From contig OZ252244.1 in NCBI GenBank assembly GCA_965249575.1, positions 3,392,001 through 3,456,000 of the forward strand: a DNA stretch of 64,000 nt, written 5' to 3'. Both the position numbers and the translations under genes were made by a program. Below, in pieces: positions 1 to 7,896 of this stretch (its first letter is position 1; each line of letters begins with the position of its first letter). A model generated the notes under the pieces. It saw only the letters and a list, made by a program, of their open reading frames with translations, made no database searches and was not told the DNA's origin. The DNA is from Gemmatimonadales bacterium. GTDB lineage: Bacteria; Gemmatimonadota; Gemmatimonadetes; Gemmatimonadales; GWC2-71-9.

Positions 1-797
1 AATCGCGAAATTCTGCCCGCGTGCGTCTCGAACCGCACGGCGTGGGTGTTGGTCTTGATCTCGAGTCCACGGCTGATCAAGTGAGGCAACTGCGAGGACG
101 CGGGGTCGTTCTTTGCGCCGAGTGCGCAGGCATACGTGTCACACGTTCCGCACCTGATACACGATCGCGGCCCCGGTCGGTAGTTGATAGCGAGCGGCAA
201 CTGAGCAGGTTGGAGCCCCAGCCTGATACCGGCTTCCTGGATGCGCTCGGAAACCAAGCTCAACGGCTGAGCAGGCTGGGGATATGGCTTATTCCGTGCG
301 GGCTCCGTAGGATCCGTGCCCGGAGCGCCCGACACGTCGAACAACTCTTCGGTTCGGGTGTACAGCGGCTCGACGTCCTGATAGGTGATGGGCCATACTG
401 CGCCCGAGCCCCCGACGATACCGGGATCAGCATGGAAGTCCTGCTCACGGTACCGCAGCATCACGCCACCGAAGAACACCGCCGAGCCACCCACGCAGGA
501 GGTACTGCCCACAGTCTTCCCCCTGCTATCGCCGAATATGCGGTATGCCGGATCGCCATTGAAGAACGGGGTCAGCTCGAGGGATCCCTCAGGCTCCCAG
601 TTGCGCGGATCTCTCGGTACCCAGTCACCACGCTCGAGCATAAGAACGCGGAGGCCGGCATCGATCAACGGGCGGGCGAACAGCGTTCCGCTCAAGCCAC
701 TGCCCACGACGATTGTGTCGTAACACGTTGAGTCCCTTGTCCACTCAGCGGAGCGACGGCTCGATTGGGACGGTCGTATGATGGAACTCCTAACCAT
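1..797 (-). CDS. GMC-family FAD-dependent oxidoreductase (5' part; runs off the window start)
   Basis: Not in the ORF track. Manual minus-strand translation from ATG at 797 gives ...YDTIVVGSGLSGTLFARPLIDAGLRVLMLERG...VGGSAVFFGGVMLRY...WPITYQDVEPLY...CIRCGTCDTYAC...KND. This has the GxGxxG Rossmann motif and GMC-type WPITY and CxxCGxC motifs. Start codon uncertain. Confidence 0.85.
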   Translation of the reverse strand, partial: MVRSSIIRPSQSSRRSAEWTRDSTCYDTIVVGSGLSGTLFARPLIDAGLRVLMLERGDWVPRDPRNWEPEGSLELTPFFNGDPAYRIFGDSRGKTVGSTSCVGGSAVFFGGVMLRYREQDFHADPGIVGGSGAVWPITYQDVEPLYTRTEELFDVSGAPGTDPTEPARNKPYPQPAQPLSLVSERIQEAGIRLGLQPAQLPLAINYRPGPRSCIRCGTCDTYACALGAKNDPASSQLPHLISRGLEIKTNTHAVRFETHAGRISR

Positions 798-837
798 TTT
801 CCGTGGTCTCAATCATATGGTCGCCCGGCGCTCGTTG

Positions 838-1165
838 TTAGGATTCACGATACATACTCCAATGCGCGACGCGTTCGTCGCGCGAACTGAGCACTCGCCG
901 TACCAAGTCCTGCGAGGCGATGTTGCCGAGGTCGGGCACGACCAAGCCCTGCGTGAACATGATGCAGCCGTAGAATGACTGCTCGGGAGCAAACCGAAAA
1001 TGTTCCGCTGGCGCCTGCTGGGCCAGTCCCTGCAATCTGCCGACATCGCCAAATACCGGCGGAAACAGCACAAGCAGACCGGCGATGATGACGATGGCAA
1101 TCTGAAAATCAAAACCAACGACCACGTGGAGCACCATTCAAAAGCGACGATGGGGCGCCGAGCCA
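838..1165 (-). pseudogene. Sodium:solute symporter (SSS)-like gene remnant
   Basis: Reads WLGA-IVAF-MVLHVVVGFDFQIAIVIIA...LGNIASQDLVRRVLSSRDERVA, needing two single-base shifts at the 5' end. It resembles SSS WxGAQ and QDxxQRxxS/A motifs but is only about 110 codons long. Confidence 0.5.
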
Positions 1166-1168
1166 TAG

Positions 1169-1199
1169 AGAGGCCAGGCCCCGAAGGGGCCTGGCCTCT
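1169..1199 (-). terminator. Strong GC-rich hairpin downstream of the DUF481 gene (terminator-like)
   Basis: Perfect 14-bp inverted repeat AGAGGCCAGGCCCC-gaa-GGGGCCTGGCCTCT. The minus-strand RNA can form a C(UUCG)G loop. The U-tract is weak. Confidence 0.6.
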
Positions 1200-1223
1200 G
1201 TTCCTTTGAGTCTGGAACAGCGC

Positions 1224-2300
1224 CTACCGACCGATGCTGTAGGTCAGCGTCGTGGTGAAGAGCATGTCGTGCTTCTGGACACCAGCGCGCGGCCGATTGT
1301 TGATCTCGTTCCGCGCGGCCACGCGGAAGCCCAATCCTCTGAACACGGTCGTAGTCACGCTCGCGTCCGACACCAGCCGGTAGTCCTTGGCGTCGTCGAC
1401 GCTGGGCGACCAGTCGATGGCCCATGCGAGCACTGCGGGACCGGCCTGCTGGGTGAGACCAAGACCGGCGCCTACCGTCGCCGTCGAGGTACTTCCCCCG
1501 GAAGTGAACGCTTCGCGGCGGAGCCCCCCAGACGCGTAGAACCGCAGGTCGGTGGCGGGCGTCGCGATGAGCTGAATTCCGAGGCCCGCGTCGTAGTTCG
1601 ACCGCAAATCGATGTCCTGGAATCGGTCCCGTGCCTGAGCAGTCGATCCGAAGAAGAAGAGGCGGGGGCCGGCGAACAGGTCCGTGCGGAGGCTCCCGTA
1701 GTACTTGTCGACCGTTTTTTCGAGCGTACCGGTACCCGGATCGGACTCCTGGCGGGCCATGCCGAGTTTGAGTGCCAGGCGATCCTTGGGACTGACACGT
1801 CCGACGTCGAGCGTCGCCACCTGTCCGCGGGATCGGCTGTTGCCGCTTTTGTTCGAGAATCCAAAGCTCGTGGTAGCTCGCCAGAATCTCGAGAGCGGCG
1901 AGAAATAGCCGATCTCCAGTGGCTCGAGCACGGCGAGGTCGGCTGGATCCCCAACGGCCGCGATGTCGGCCGGGGTTACGGGCAGCGTGGAACCGTCGGT
2001 GCGGGACAATTGCAGTCGGCCACCGGCCGTCGAAACCACGGCAGCCAGAATTGTCCCGTCAACCAAACGCACTCCGATAGGGTTGCTCGTCGCGAACGAC
2101 GACACCTCGGCCGCGGCGATTCTGAGCTGTCCCCCTGCGTGCCCGAAAACCCATGCCCCGCCGTCGACGGAGACCAGGGCTCCGGTCAAACGGTCACCGT
2201 TGGCCAGTTCGAGCTGCTGCTGACCCTCGGCACTCTCCACGAACGGCAGCGTCAGTGCAAGCACCAGCCCGATCAAATGTGTTCGTGGCGTTCCACTCAC
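1224..2300 (-). CDS. DUF481/YdiY-like outer-membrane beta-barrel protein
   Basis: Signal peptide, N-terminal LANGDRLTG motif, SGNS motif, amphipathic beta strands and terminal TTTLTYSIGR. GTG start at 2300 was chosen from a preceding GGAG. Confidence 0.75.
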   Translation of the reverse strand: MSGTPRTHLIGLVLALTLPFVESAEGQQQLELANGDRLTGALVSVDGGAWVFGHAGGQLRIAAAEVSSFATSNPIGVRLVDGTILAAVVSTAGGRLQLSRTDGSTLPVTPADIAAVGDPADLAVLEPLEIGYFSPLSRFWRATTSFGFSNKSGNSRSRGQVATLDVGRVSPKDRLALKLGMARQESDPGTGTLEKTVDKYYGSLRTDLFAGPRLFFFGSTAQARDRFQDIDLRSNYDAGLGIQLIATPATDLRFYASGGLRREAFTSGGSTSTATVGAGLGLTQQAGPAVLAWAIDWSPSVDDAKDYRLVSDASVTTTVFRGLGFRVAARNEINNRPRAGVQKHDMLFTTTLTYSIGR

Positions 2301-2350
2301 TCCTAGGTCTCCTGCGGCGGTCGCGCCGTGATGGTTCGGGCGGCGTGCGG

Positions 2351-2806
2351 TCATGCGGCTGCCAACTCCGACGTGCAGTTGGGGCACCGCGTAGCCTTAA
2401 TGGGGATGCTGACGATACAGAACGGGCACTCCTTCTTGTCGGGCGGCGGTGGCGCCGCCTCCTCTTTCTTCTGGAGGCTGTTGATGCCCTTGATGAGCAT
2501 GAACACCGCAAAGGCCACGATCACAAAGCTCACTACGTTGTCGGCGAACACGCCGTAGTTGACCGTGACTGCTCCCGCTTCTTTAGCCGCATCGAGCGTG
2601 GCATACGGGGCGGGAGTGGCACCCTTCTTGAGGGTGACGAAGAGATCCGTGAATGTGACGTTCCCCAACAACAATCCTATTGGCGGCATGAGGACGTCAG
2701 AGACCATGGATTTGACGATAGTACCGAAGGCGCCACCGATGATGATGCCTACGGCCATGTCGACGACGTTGCCGCGCATGGCGAACGCCTTGAATTCCTT
2801 CAACAT
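2351..2806 (-). CDS. mscL: Large-conductance mechanosensitive channel MscL with C-terminal Cys4 zinc-ribbon-like tail
   Basis: [31 protein letters not shown] signature; tail CPFC-x10-CPNC; GGAG RBS. Confidence 0.95.
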   Translation of the reverse strand: MLKEFKAFAMRGNVVDMAVGIIIGGAFGTIVKSMVSDVLMPPIGLLLGNVTFTDLFVTLKKGATPAPYATLDAAKEAGAVTVNYGVFADNVVSFVIVAFAVFMLIKGINSLQKKEEAAPPPPDKKECPFCIVSIPIKATRCPNCTSELAAA

Positions 2807-3019
2807 GTTGAACTCCTCCGTGCGTGTTGGTTCGAGTGTAGTCGGGCCGCGCCGTGATGACGGGCGAGAATCACGCGGAGACGCCGAAGCGACCCGCGTA
2901 CCGCCTCGTGAAGTGCTTATGTGACAATGTGTTGTGCAATCTCGCCGGAGCCGATCTGTCCCGACGTTCCATAGCGGTGCACCAACTTGGTTGGGGAATG
3001 GAGCCCCGGACGGGCCCGC

Positions 3020-3130
3020 CTACCGCAGGCGATGCTTCTTGAGCTTCCGGTACAGTGTGGTCCGCCCGATTCCCAGCTCGCGCACGACTCCGGTGAGATT
3101 GCCCTTATGCCGTTCGAGCGCCGAGAGGGG
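3020..3130 (-). pseudogene. Orphan Fis-type helix-turn-helix fragment (C-terminus of a lost sigma54-type regulator)
   Basis: Manual translation PLSALERHKGNLTGVVRELGIGRTTLYRKLKKHRLR*. An in-frame TGA lies immediately upstream and there is no start codon. Confidence 0.7.
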
Positions 3131-3276
3131 TCAGGGCGGTTGATAATCCGCCTGCCGCCGAGCGAGGTCAAGGGGATCCGAAGCCGACTCGGAGCGTGTC
3201 TACGGTTGCGATGATTGCCGCGATCGTCGCTGCGATGAACGTAGGGCGACCCCCAGGGCTGCTGCCGAGCCAGGCA

Positions 3277-4659
3277 TCAGCCCTGGGGTCGCCTCCGATG
3301 CCAGTCGGTTTCCTGTTGAAAGCGTCTGCCTACGGTAAAGAGTACGTCCTCTCGATGGCGTCGTGCCAAGAACTGAAGGCCAATGGGGAGCCCGGTCGTG
3401 GTGAACCCGCACGGCAGCGACATTGCTGGAATACCGCCCATGTTGGCGAGTCCTGTGAGTCGGGGAAGCGCTCGCAATGCGGTAGTCTCTACGCCGCCGA
3501 CCCGGACAACGGCTTGTCCGATTCGCGGCGGCAGCGCGGGGAGCGTGGCTCCAACGAGGCAGTCGACGGTTCGGAACACCCGCTCGAAGGCGGCGACCAC
3601 CTCGAGGCGCTTGCGCTCCGCCCGAACGAACTCGACGGCAGTGAGATCGCGGCCCCGTGCGAGGCGCTGTCGCACGCTGTCACCGAAGGACGTTGGCTGC
3701 TCTCGGAGGCTCTGCTCGTGATAGGCGTAAGCCTCGCCGAGCGTGATTATGCCAGATGCCTCCGGGGTCCCTTCCAGCTCCGGCATCGACACCTCCGCAA
3801 CGTCCAGTCCTATTCGGCCAAGTAGCGCAATGGACTCCTCGACGGCAGCCTGAATCTCGGGGTCGAGGTCCCGAATCAGGTAGTCGCAAACCCCGATTCG
3901 AAGGGATCGTGGTCCGTCGTTGGGCGCTGTCTGGTAGCGCTTCGTCCGTCCACCCCCCGCCATCACGCCCAGCAGGAGCGCCGCGTCGTCGATCGAGCGG
4001 GCTAGGGGTCCCACGTTATCGAGCGTCCAGCTGAGGGGGATTACGCCCTCCGTCGGGACGAGTCCGCGGGTCGGCTTGATGCCTGTGATGCCGCAGCACG
4101 CCGCCGGAATGCGGATGGAACCCCGCGTGTCTGTTCCCACCGATCCATAGCCCAGCCCCAGGGCCACGGCCACCGCTGATCCTCCGCTCGAGCCGCCCGG
4201 AACCCGGTCGGGATTCCACGGATTGCGCGCTGGCCCAAAGTGTTCGTTTTCGTTAGTCACGCCGAGCGCGATTTCATGGAGGTTCGTTTTTCCCATAATG
4301 ATGGCGCCGGCGCGGCGGAGGCGCCGCACCACCGTGGCGTCGCGCCGGCCTCGCAGGCCCTGGCCGTAGATCCTGGACCCCGCCGTGGTGCGTGCATCCA
4401 CGGTGAGGATGAGATCTTTGACCGAGATCGGGACGCCATGCAGTTGCCCGATGTCCCTCCCCGCCGCGAGTTGCCGCTCAGCGCGGTTCGCAGCCGCGTG
4501 TGATCCTTCTACCAGCGTGATATAGGCGTTGAATTTGGGGTTGAGTTGGGCGGTGCGATCGAGGATCGCATCGAGGACGTCTACCGGGGAGACTTCCCGG
4601 TCCCGAATGAGGCGGGCGACGTCGACCAGATTGGTGTGCACCAGGTCCGAGCTCGGCAT
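3277..4659 (-). CDS. Amidase-signature family amidase (GatA-like)
   Basis: GVPISVKD, GKTNLHE, GGSSGGSA and GTDTRGSIRIPA (Lys/Ser/Ser triad motifs). No gatB or gatC nearby. Start set at MPSSDLV. Confidence 0.9.
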   Translation of the reverse strand: MPSSDLVHTNLVDVARLIRDREVSPVDVLDAILDRTAQLNPKFNAYITLVEGSHAAANRAERQLAAGRDIGQLHGVPISVKDLILTVDARTTAGSRIYGQGLRGRRDATVVRRLRRAGAIIMGKTNLHEIALGVTNENEHFGPARNPWNPDRVPGGSSGGSAVAVALGLGYGSVGTDTRGSIRIPAACCGITGIKPTRGLVPTEGVIPLSWTLDNVGPLARSIDDAALLLGVMAGGGRTKRYQTAPNDGPRSLRIGVCDYLIRDLDPEIQAAVEESIALLGRIGLDVAEVSMPELEGTPEASGIITLGEAYAYHEQSLREQPTSFGDSVRQRLARGRDLTAVEFVRAERKRLEVVAAFERVFRTVDCLVGATLPALPPRIGQAVVRVGGVETTALRALPRLTGLANMGGIPAMSLPCGFTTTGLPIGLQFLARRHREDVLFTVGRRFQQETDWHRRRPQG

Positions 4660-4749
4660 TGTCGCACGGGAATCTGGGGAGGGCCGCCGCGGAAACAAGG
4701 AGTCCACGGCCGGTGACTGCGAAGCATTGGACCCTAGGGGGAAGTCTGC

Positions 4750-5745
4750 TTACTTCCGGCCGCGGTTCTCCGTGAATCCTTCGAGCTTCCGTACATCTGC
4801 CGACGCCCCGAGTCTACGGAATCGGTCGATCGCCCGTCCGGCCACTTCCTTCGCTTCCTTCGTGCGGCGCGAGGCTTGGAGGAGATGTGCCAAATCCCGC
4901 TCCGCCATCGCCGCGAGTAACGGGCGCCCATGGGTTTCGGCGCGCTCGATTACTTCGCCCAGGAGGCGTTCGGCTTCGTCCCAATCGTTCATTCCAATGT
5001 GGACAGCCGCCAACACTCGAAGGTCTTCGGATTCGCCGACGACGTCCCCGACTTGACGATGTGTCTGCAGTGCTAGCTCTACCTCTCTTCGCGCAAGTTC
5101 CGCCGCTCCGGTCCGCAGCCGAATCTCGGCCCGACCCGCGAACGTCTGTCCACGGAGTGCCAGGTCACCGAACGATTCGGTCTGGCGTACCGCACGGTCG
5201 GCGGCTTCCATCCCCCGTACCAGATCGCCTTTGTCACGGTAGGTGATGGCCAGATTGTGTTGCGCCTCCGCAAGCCCGCGCGCGTGGCCGGCTTTTTGGA
5301 AAGCGGCGAGCGCCATCGTGTAGGAGCTCACGGCCTTGCCGTACTCGCCTCGCAGGTTGGCGATGATACCCAGATTGTTGGAGCATCGCCCGACTGCTGC
5401 ATGCTCCTGTTCCCGCTCGGCTTCGGCCAGCGCGAGCTGGAAGTAGTCTGCAGCGGCTTCGATGCGTCCGCGCTCAAAGGCGATGGCTCCGCACACGTTC
5501 AAGGACCGCGCTTCGATGGAGCGATCTCCGCGCTCTCGAGCGCGGTGCAGGGCAACCTCCGCCCAGCGCTCCGCTTCTACGAGCTGTCCGAGCCGGCCGA
5601 GCGCGATACCGTAGAGCAGGGCCAACGTTGGGGAGTTCTGTAGCTCGTCCTCGGGTTGTGCGCGGATGAACTCGAGCGCTTCCGCATGACGCCCCGTGTC
5701 AACAAGGCTCTGCACCCTGCTGAGCTGGATGAGTGAATTCTTCAC
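4750..5745 (-). CDS. Cytoplasmic tetratricopeptide-repeat (TPR) protein
   Basis: Tandem ~40-aa helical repeats (RSLNVCGAIAF, RCSNNLGIIANLRG, AEAQHNLAITY). No signal peptide and no recognisable HTH or enzyme domain. GTG start lies 8 nt after the stop of the small peptide gene. Confidence 0.85.
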   Translation of the reverse strand: MKNSLIQLSRVQSLVDTGRHAEALEFIRAQPEDELQNSPTLALLYGIALGRLGQLVEAERWAEVALHRARERGDRSIEARSLNVCGAIAFERGRIEAAADYFQLALAEAEREQEHAAVGRCSNNLGIIANLRGEYGKAVSSYTMALAAFQKAGHARGLAEAQHNLAITYRDKGDLVRGMEAADRAVRQTESFGDLALRGQTFAGRAEIRLRTGAAELARREVELALQTHRQVGDVVGESEDLRVLAAVHIGMNDWDEAERLLGEVIERAETHGRPLLAAMAERDLAHLLQASRRTKEAKEVAGRAIDRFRRLGASADVRKLEGFTENRGRK

Positions 5746-5753
5746 AGGGCCGT

Positions 5754-5942
5754 CTACCAGGACACCGCGTAGTCGGCCCTCTGCTTCTCACACCACGACC
5801 ACTGGGTCTCCTCGCCATCGGTCGCCACTGCTTGGCAGAGGCCACCGACATCCAGCTCGCCGACCGTCGGTCCGGTGGCTTCGCCGCACGCCGCCACGAC
5901 GAAGGCCGCGGCGAGTGCCAGGAAGAATCGCTTCTGTCGCAT
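5754..5942 (-). CDS. Small (62 aa) exported lipopeptide, candidate signalling pro-peptide
   Basis: Strong RBS (TAAGGAG). Basic n-region MRQKR, hydrophobic core and lipobox VAA|C19. The acidic mature part has two further Cys and ends in ADYAVSW. Confidence 0.75.
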   Translation of the reverse strand: MRQKRFFLALAAAFVVAACGEATGPTVGELDVGGLCQAVATDGEETQWSWCEKQRADYAVSW

Positions 5943-6046
5943 CCCACACTCCTTACGCTAAACGTTGGCGATCCCCCGGGCTCGATAAGGCCCGCCGCGA
6001 GATGGTCCGGCTCTGACCCTCAGGGTTCTCGCTCAACTCCCTCATG

Positions 6047-6063
6047 TGCACCCCGCATGCCGG
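6047..6063 (-). promoter_or_regulatory. sigma54 (-24/-12) promoter for the peptide-TPR unit
   Basis: Minus strand CCGGCATGCGGGGTGCA is GG-N10-GC with a GGCA...TGCA context, about 105 nt upstream of the peptide ATG. Confidence 0.65.
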
Positions 6064-6077
6064 GAGCGGATCATAGG

Positions 6078-6102
6078 TAAGCGTTTGATGTGTAATAAGT
6101 TG
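6078..6102 (-). promoter_or_regulatory. IHF-like binding site in an AT-rich patch
   Basis: Minus strand CATCAAACGCTTA (6090-6078) has one mismatch to WATCAANNNNTTR and lies just upstream of the -24 element. Confidence 0.55.
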
Positions 6103-6125
6103 TGGCTATCGCGCCCTGCGAGAGC

Positions 6126-6162
6126 TGGCTCGTACTGATCCACCCTGGGGCGAATCGACCCA
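6126..6162. promoter_or_regulatory. 10-bp-phased heptamer array, candidate upstream activator sequence
   Basis: TGGCTCG (6126), TGATCCA (6136), TGGGGCG (6146) and CGACCCA (6156): YG-N3-CR at an exact 10-bp period. Confidence 0.4.
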
Positions 6163-6314
6163 GGTCACGCTTGAGTAGTATCGCCGCTGTTGACGCGGCT
6201 CCGGAGGATCAAGCCGGTGTCCTGGGCCAACTCATTTCTTGCGTGGGCGGTTTCCAGCGGGTTTGCTGTCCGGGCTCCACTCCATGTGTGTCGCGCCGCA
6301 CGGAGAGAGGGGCG

Positions 6315-7655
6315 TCAGGCGCTCTGTTGCTCGGTTCCGAGGAGGCGGCGCAGTCGCCGGCGGGAGATGCCCAGGCGGCGGGCCGCTTCGCTGCGATTGC
6401 CGCCGCAGAAGCGCAGCGCTGTTTGCGCCGCCACCGCGGTGATCTCGCTCAGCTGCGCGGGGAACGGGATGGCTCCTTGAGTGGCGGGCGCGGCGCTCCC
6501 CCCCTCCGGTAGGAGCTCGCCGACCGCCAGTTCCCCCGCGGGAGAGAGGAGGAGTGCTCGCTCGACGGCGTTTTTGAGCTCGCGAACGTTTCCGGGCCAG
6601 TGATGCTCTAGCAGCGCGCGTCGGGCCTCGGCACTCAAGGCCGGCACCGGCAGCTCGTGCTGCTGGGCCAATCGCTCGAGGAGCGCATTGGCAATGTGAA
6701 GGACGTCATCCCCACGGTCGCGGAGGGGTGGGAGCTTGAGCGTGACCACGCTCAACCGGAAAAAGAGGTCCCGCCGGAACGCGCCCGACCGCATTGCCTC
6801 TTCCAGGTTCTCGTTCGTGGCGGCGATGATTCGGAGGTCGACTCTCCGGAGCCGCGTGCTCCCGACTCGGCGAACCTGCCGCTGGTCGAGCACGCGAAGC
6901 AACTTCGCTTGCAAATCGACGGGGAGCGTTCCGATCTCGTCTAAGAAAAGCGTCCCACCGTCGGCGACCTCGAACAGCCCCGGCTTGGCGGCGTGCGCAT
7001 CGGTAAACGCGCCACGCTCGTGGCCGAACAGCTCCGATTCGACCAGGTGGTCGGGGAGCGCCGAACAGTTGACCGGCACGAACGGGCCAGCCCGTCGCGG
7101 ACTCCCATCGTGGAGCGCTCGAGCCAGCAGCTCCTTGCCGGTTCCGGTCTCGCCCATGAGCAGGGCGGTGGCGTTGGCATGTGGCAGGATTCGCTCCGCT
7201 CGGGAGAGCACCGCTTTCAACGCGGCGCTCTCGCCCATGATCTCGTCAAACGCTTCGGCCTTCTCCTCGGTGTCGGCACTGGCTCGCCGCAGATCGTCCG
7301 CGCGCCGCCCAACCGCCGATGAAACCGCATTCCGTAGGATCTCCACGTCTTCGGGCACGGCGAAATAGTCGGTGGCGCCCCGCCCAACGGCCTGTGCGGC
7401 CATTCGTCGGCCCGGGTCGGCTCCTACTGCAAACACCGGGATGCCATCCGTCGACCCGTGGCGGTCGAGCCAGTCTAGCGCGTCGCGCTCGGCGCCGCCC
7501 GCAGAGAGTACGACGGCGGCTGTGTCCGGTGATTTAATGAAGGTCTCGGGGTCCGTGACGGTCTGTAGGCTAGCGCCCGCGTGCTCGGCGAGCTCTTCCC
7601 AGAACTCCCCGAACGCTTCCGACAGCAACACGACCGTCAATTGGACGTCGCTCAT
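6315..7655 (-). CDS. sigma54-dependent enhancer-binding protein (degenerate receiver + AAA+ + Fis HTH)
   Basis: GETGTGKE Walker A, ESELFGHERGAFTDA, LFLDEIG Walker B, WPGNVRELKN and C-terminal GNRSEAARRLGISRR. The N-terminal receiver-like domain lacks the obvious acidic phospho-acceptor (AAVVLSAGG). Confidence 0.93.
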   Translation of the reverse strand: MSDVQLTVVLLSEAFGEFWEELAEHAGASLQTVTDPETFIKSPDTAAVVLSAGGAERDALDWLDRHGSTDGIPVFAVGADPGRRMAAQAVGRGATDYFAVPEDVEILRNAVSSAVGRRADDLRRASADTEEKAEAFDEIMGESAALKAVLSRAERILPHANATALLMGETGTGKELLARALHDGSPRRAGPFVPVNCSALPDHLVESELFGHERGAFTDAHAAKPGLFEVADGGTLFLDEIGTLPVDLQAKLLRVLDQRQVRRVGSTRLRRVDLRIIAATNENLEEAMRSGAFRRDLFFRLSVVTLKLPPLRDRGDDVLHIANALLERLAQQHELPVPALSAEARRALLEHHWPGNVRELKNAVERALLLSPAGELAVGELLPEGGSAAPATQGAIPFPAQLSEITAVAAQTALRFCGGNRSEAARRLGISRRRLRRLLGTEQQSA

Positions 7656-7702
7656 TCGTCTCTCCCAACCAAAGGGGTCGACTCACTGGCGTCCCGTCCC
7701 CG

Positions 7703-7739
7703 GGTTCCCGATGGTACCGAAGTGATCCATTTTGTACCA
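7703..7739. promoter_or_regulatory. 10-bp-phased repeat array, candidate upstream activator sequence
   Basis: GGTTCCC (7703), GGTACCG (7713), TGATCCA (7723) and TGTACCA (7733) at an exact 10-bp period. It shares TGATCCA with the array at 6126-6162. Confidence 0.45.
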
Positions 7740-7773
7740 GCTCGCACAAAGCGTACCAGGGTATGTCAGGCCA

Positions 7774-7811
7774 TTAAATCAATGTAAGTTGTTGTTATAC
7801 AATACGTTAAC
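7774..7811. promoter_or_regulatory. AT-rich IHF-like site(s)
   Basis: TAAGTTGTTGTTA (reverse complement TAACAACAACTTA) has one mismatch to WATCAANNNNTTR and sits in a strikingly AT-rich patch between the repeat array and the sigma54 promoter. Confidence 0.6.
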
Positions 7812-7824
7812 GGATTTGGAGTGC

Positions 7825-7841
7825 CTGGCCCCGTCGTTGCG
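7825..7841 (+). promoter_or_regulatory. sigma54 (-24/-12) promoter for the HD-GYP gene
   Basis: CTGGCCCCGTCGTTGCG matches TGGC-N7-TTGC (GG-N10-GC). Confidence 0.75.
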
Positions 7842-7896
7842 TCGTTGCATGGGTGCAAGCGGGAGGTCATATGCAACTCCAGCGGAGGGACGCGAG

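Noticed and set aside
21..731. 236-aa plus-strand ORF
   Set aside because: Antisense shadow of the minus-strand GMC oxidoreductase.
3277..4659. gatA
   Set aside because: No gatB or gatC adjacent; only the generic amidase signature is supported.
5754..5942. RiPP precursor interpretation of the small peptide
   Set aside because: No modifying enzymes or dedicated exporter adjacent; a Sec lipoprotein signal fits better.
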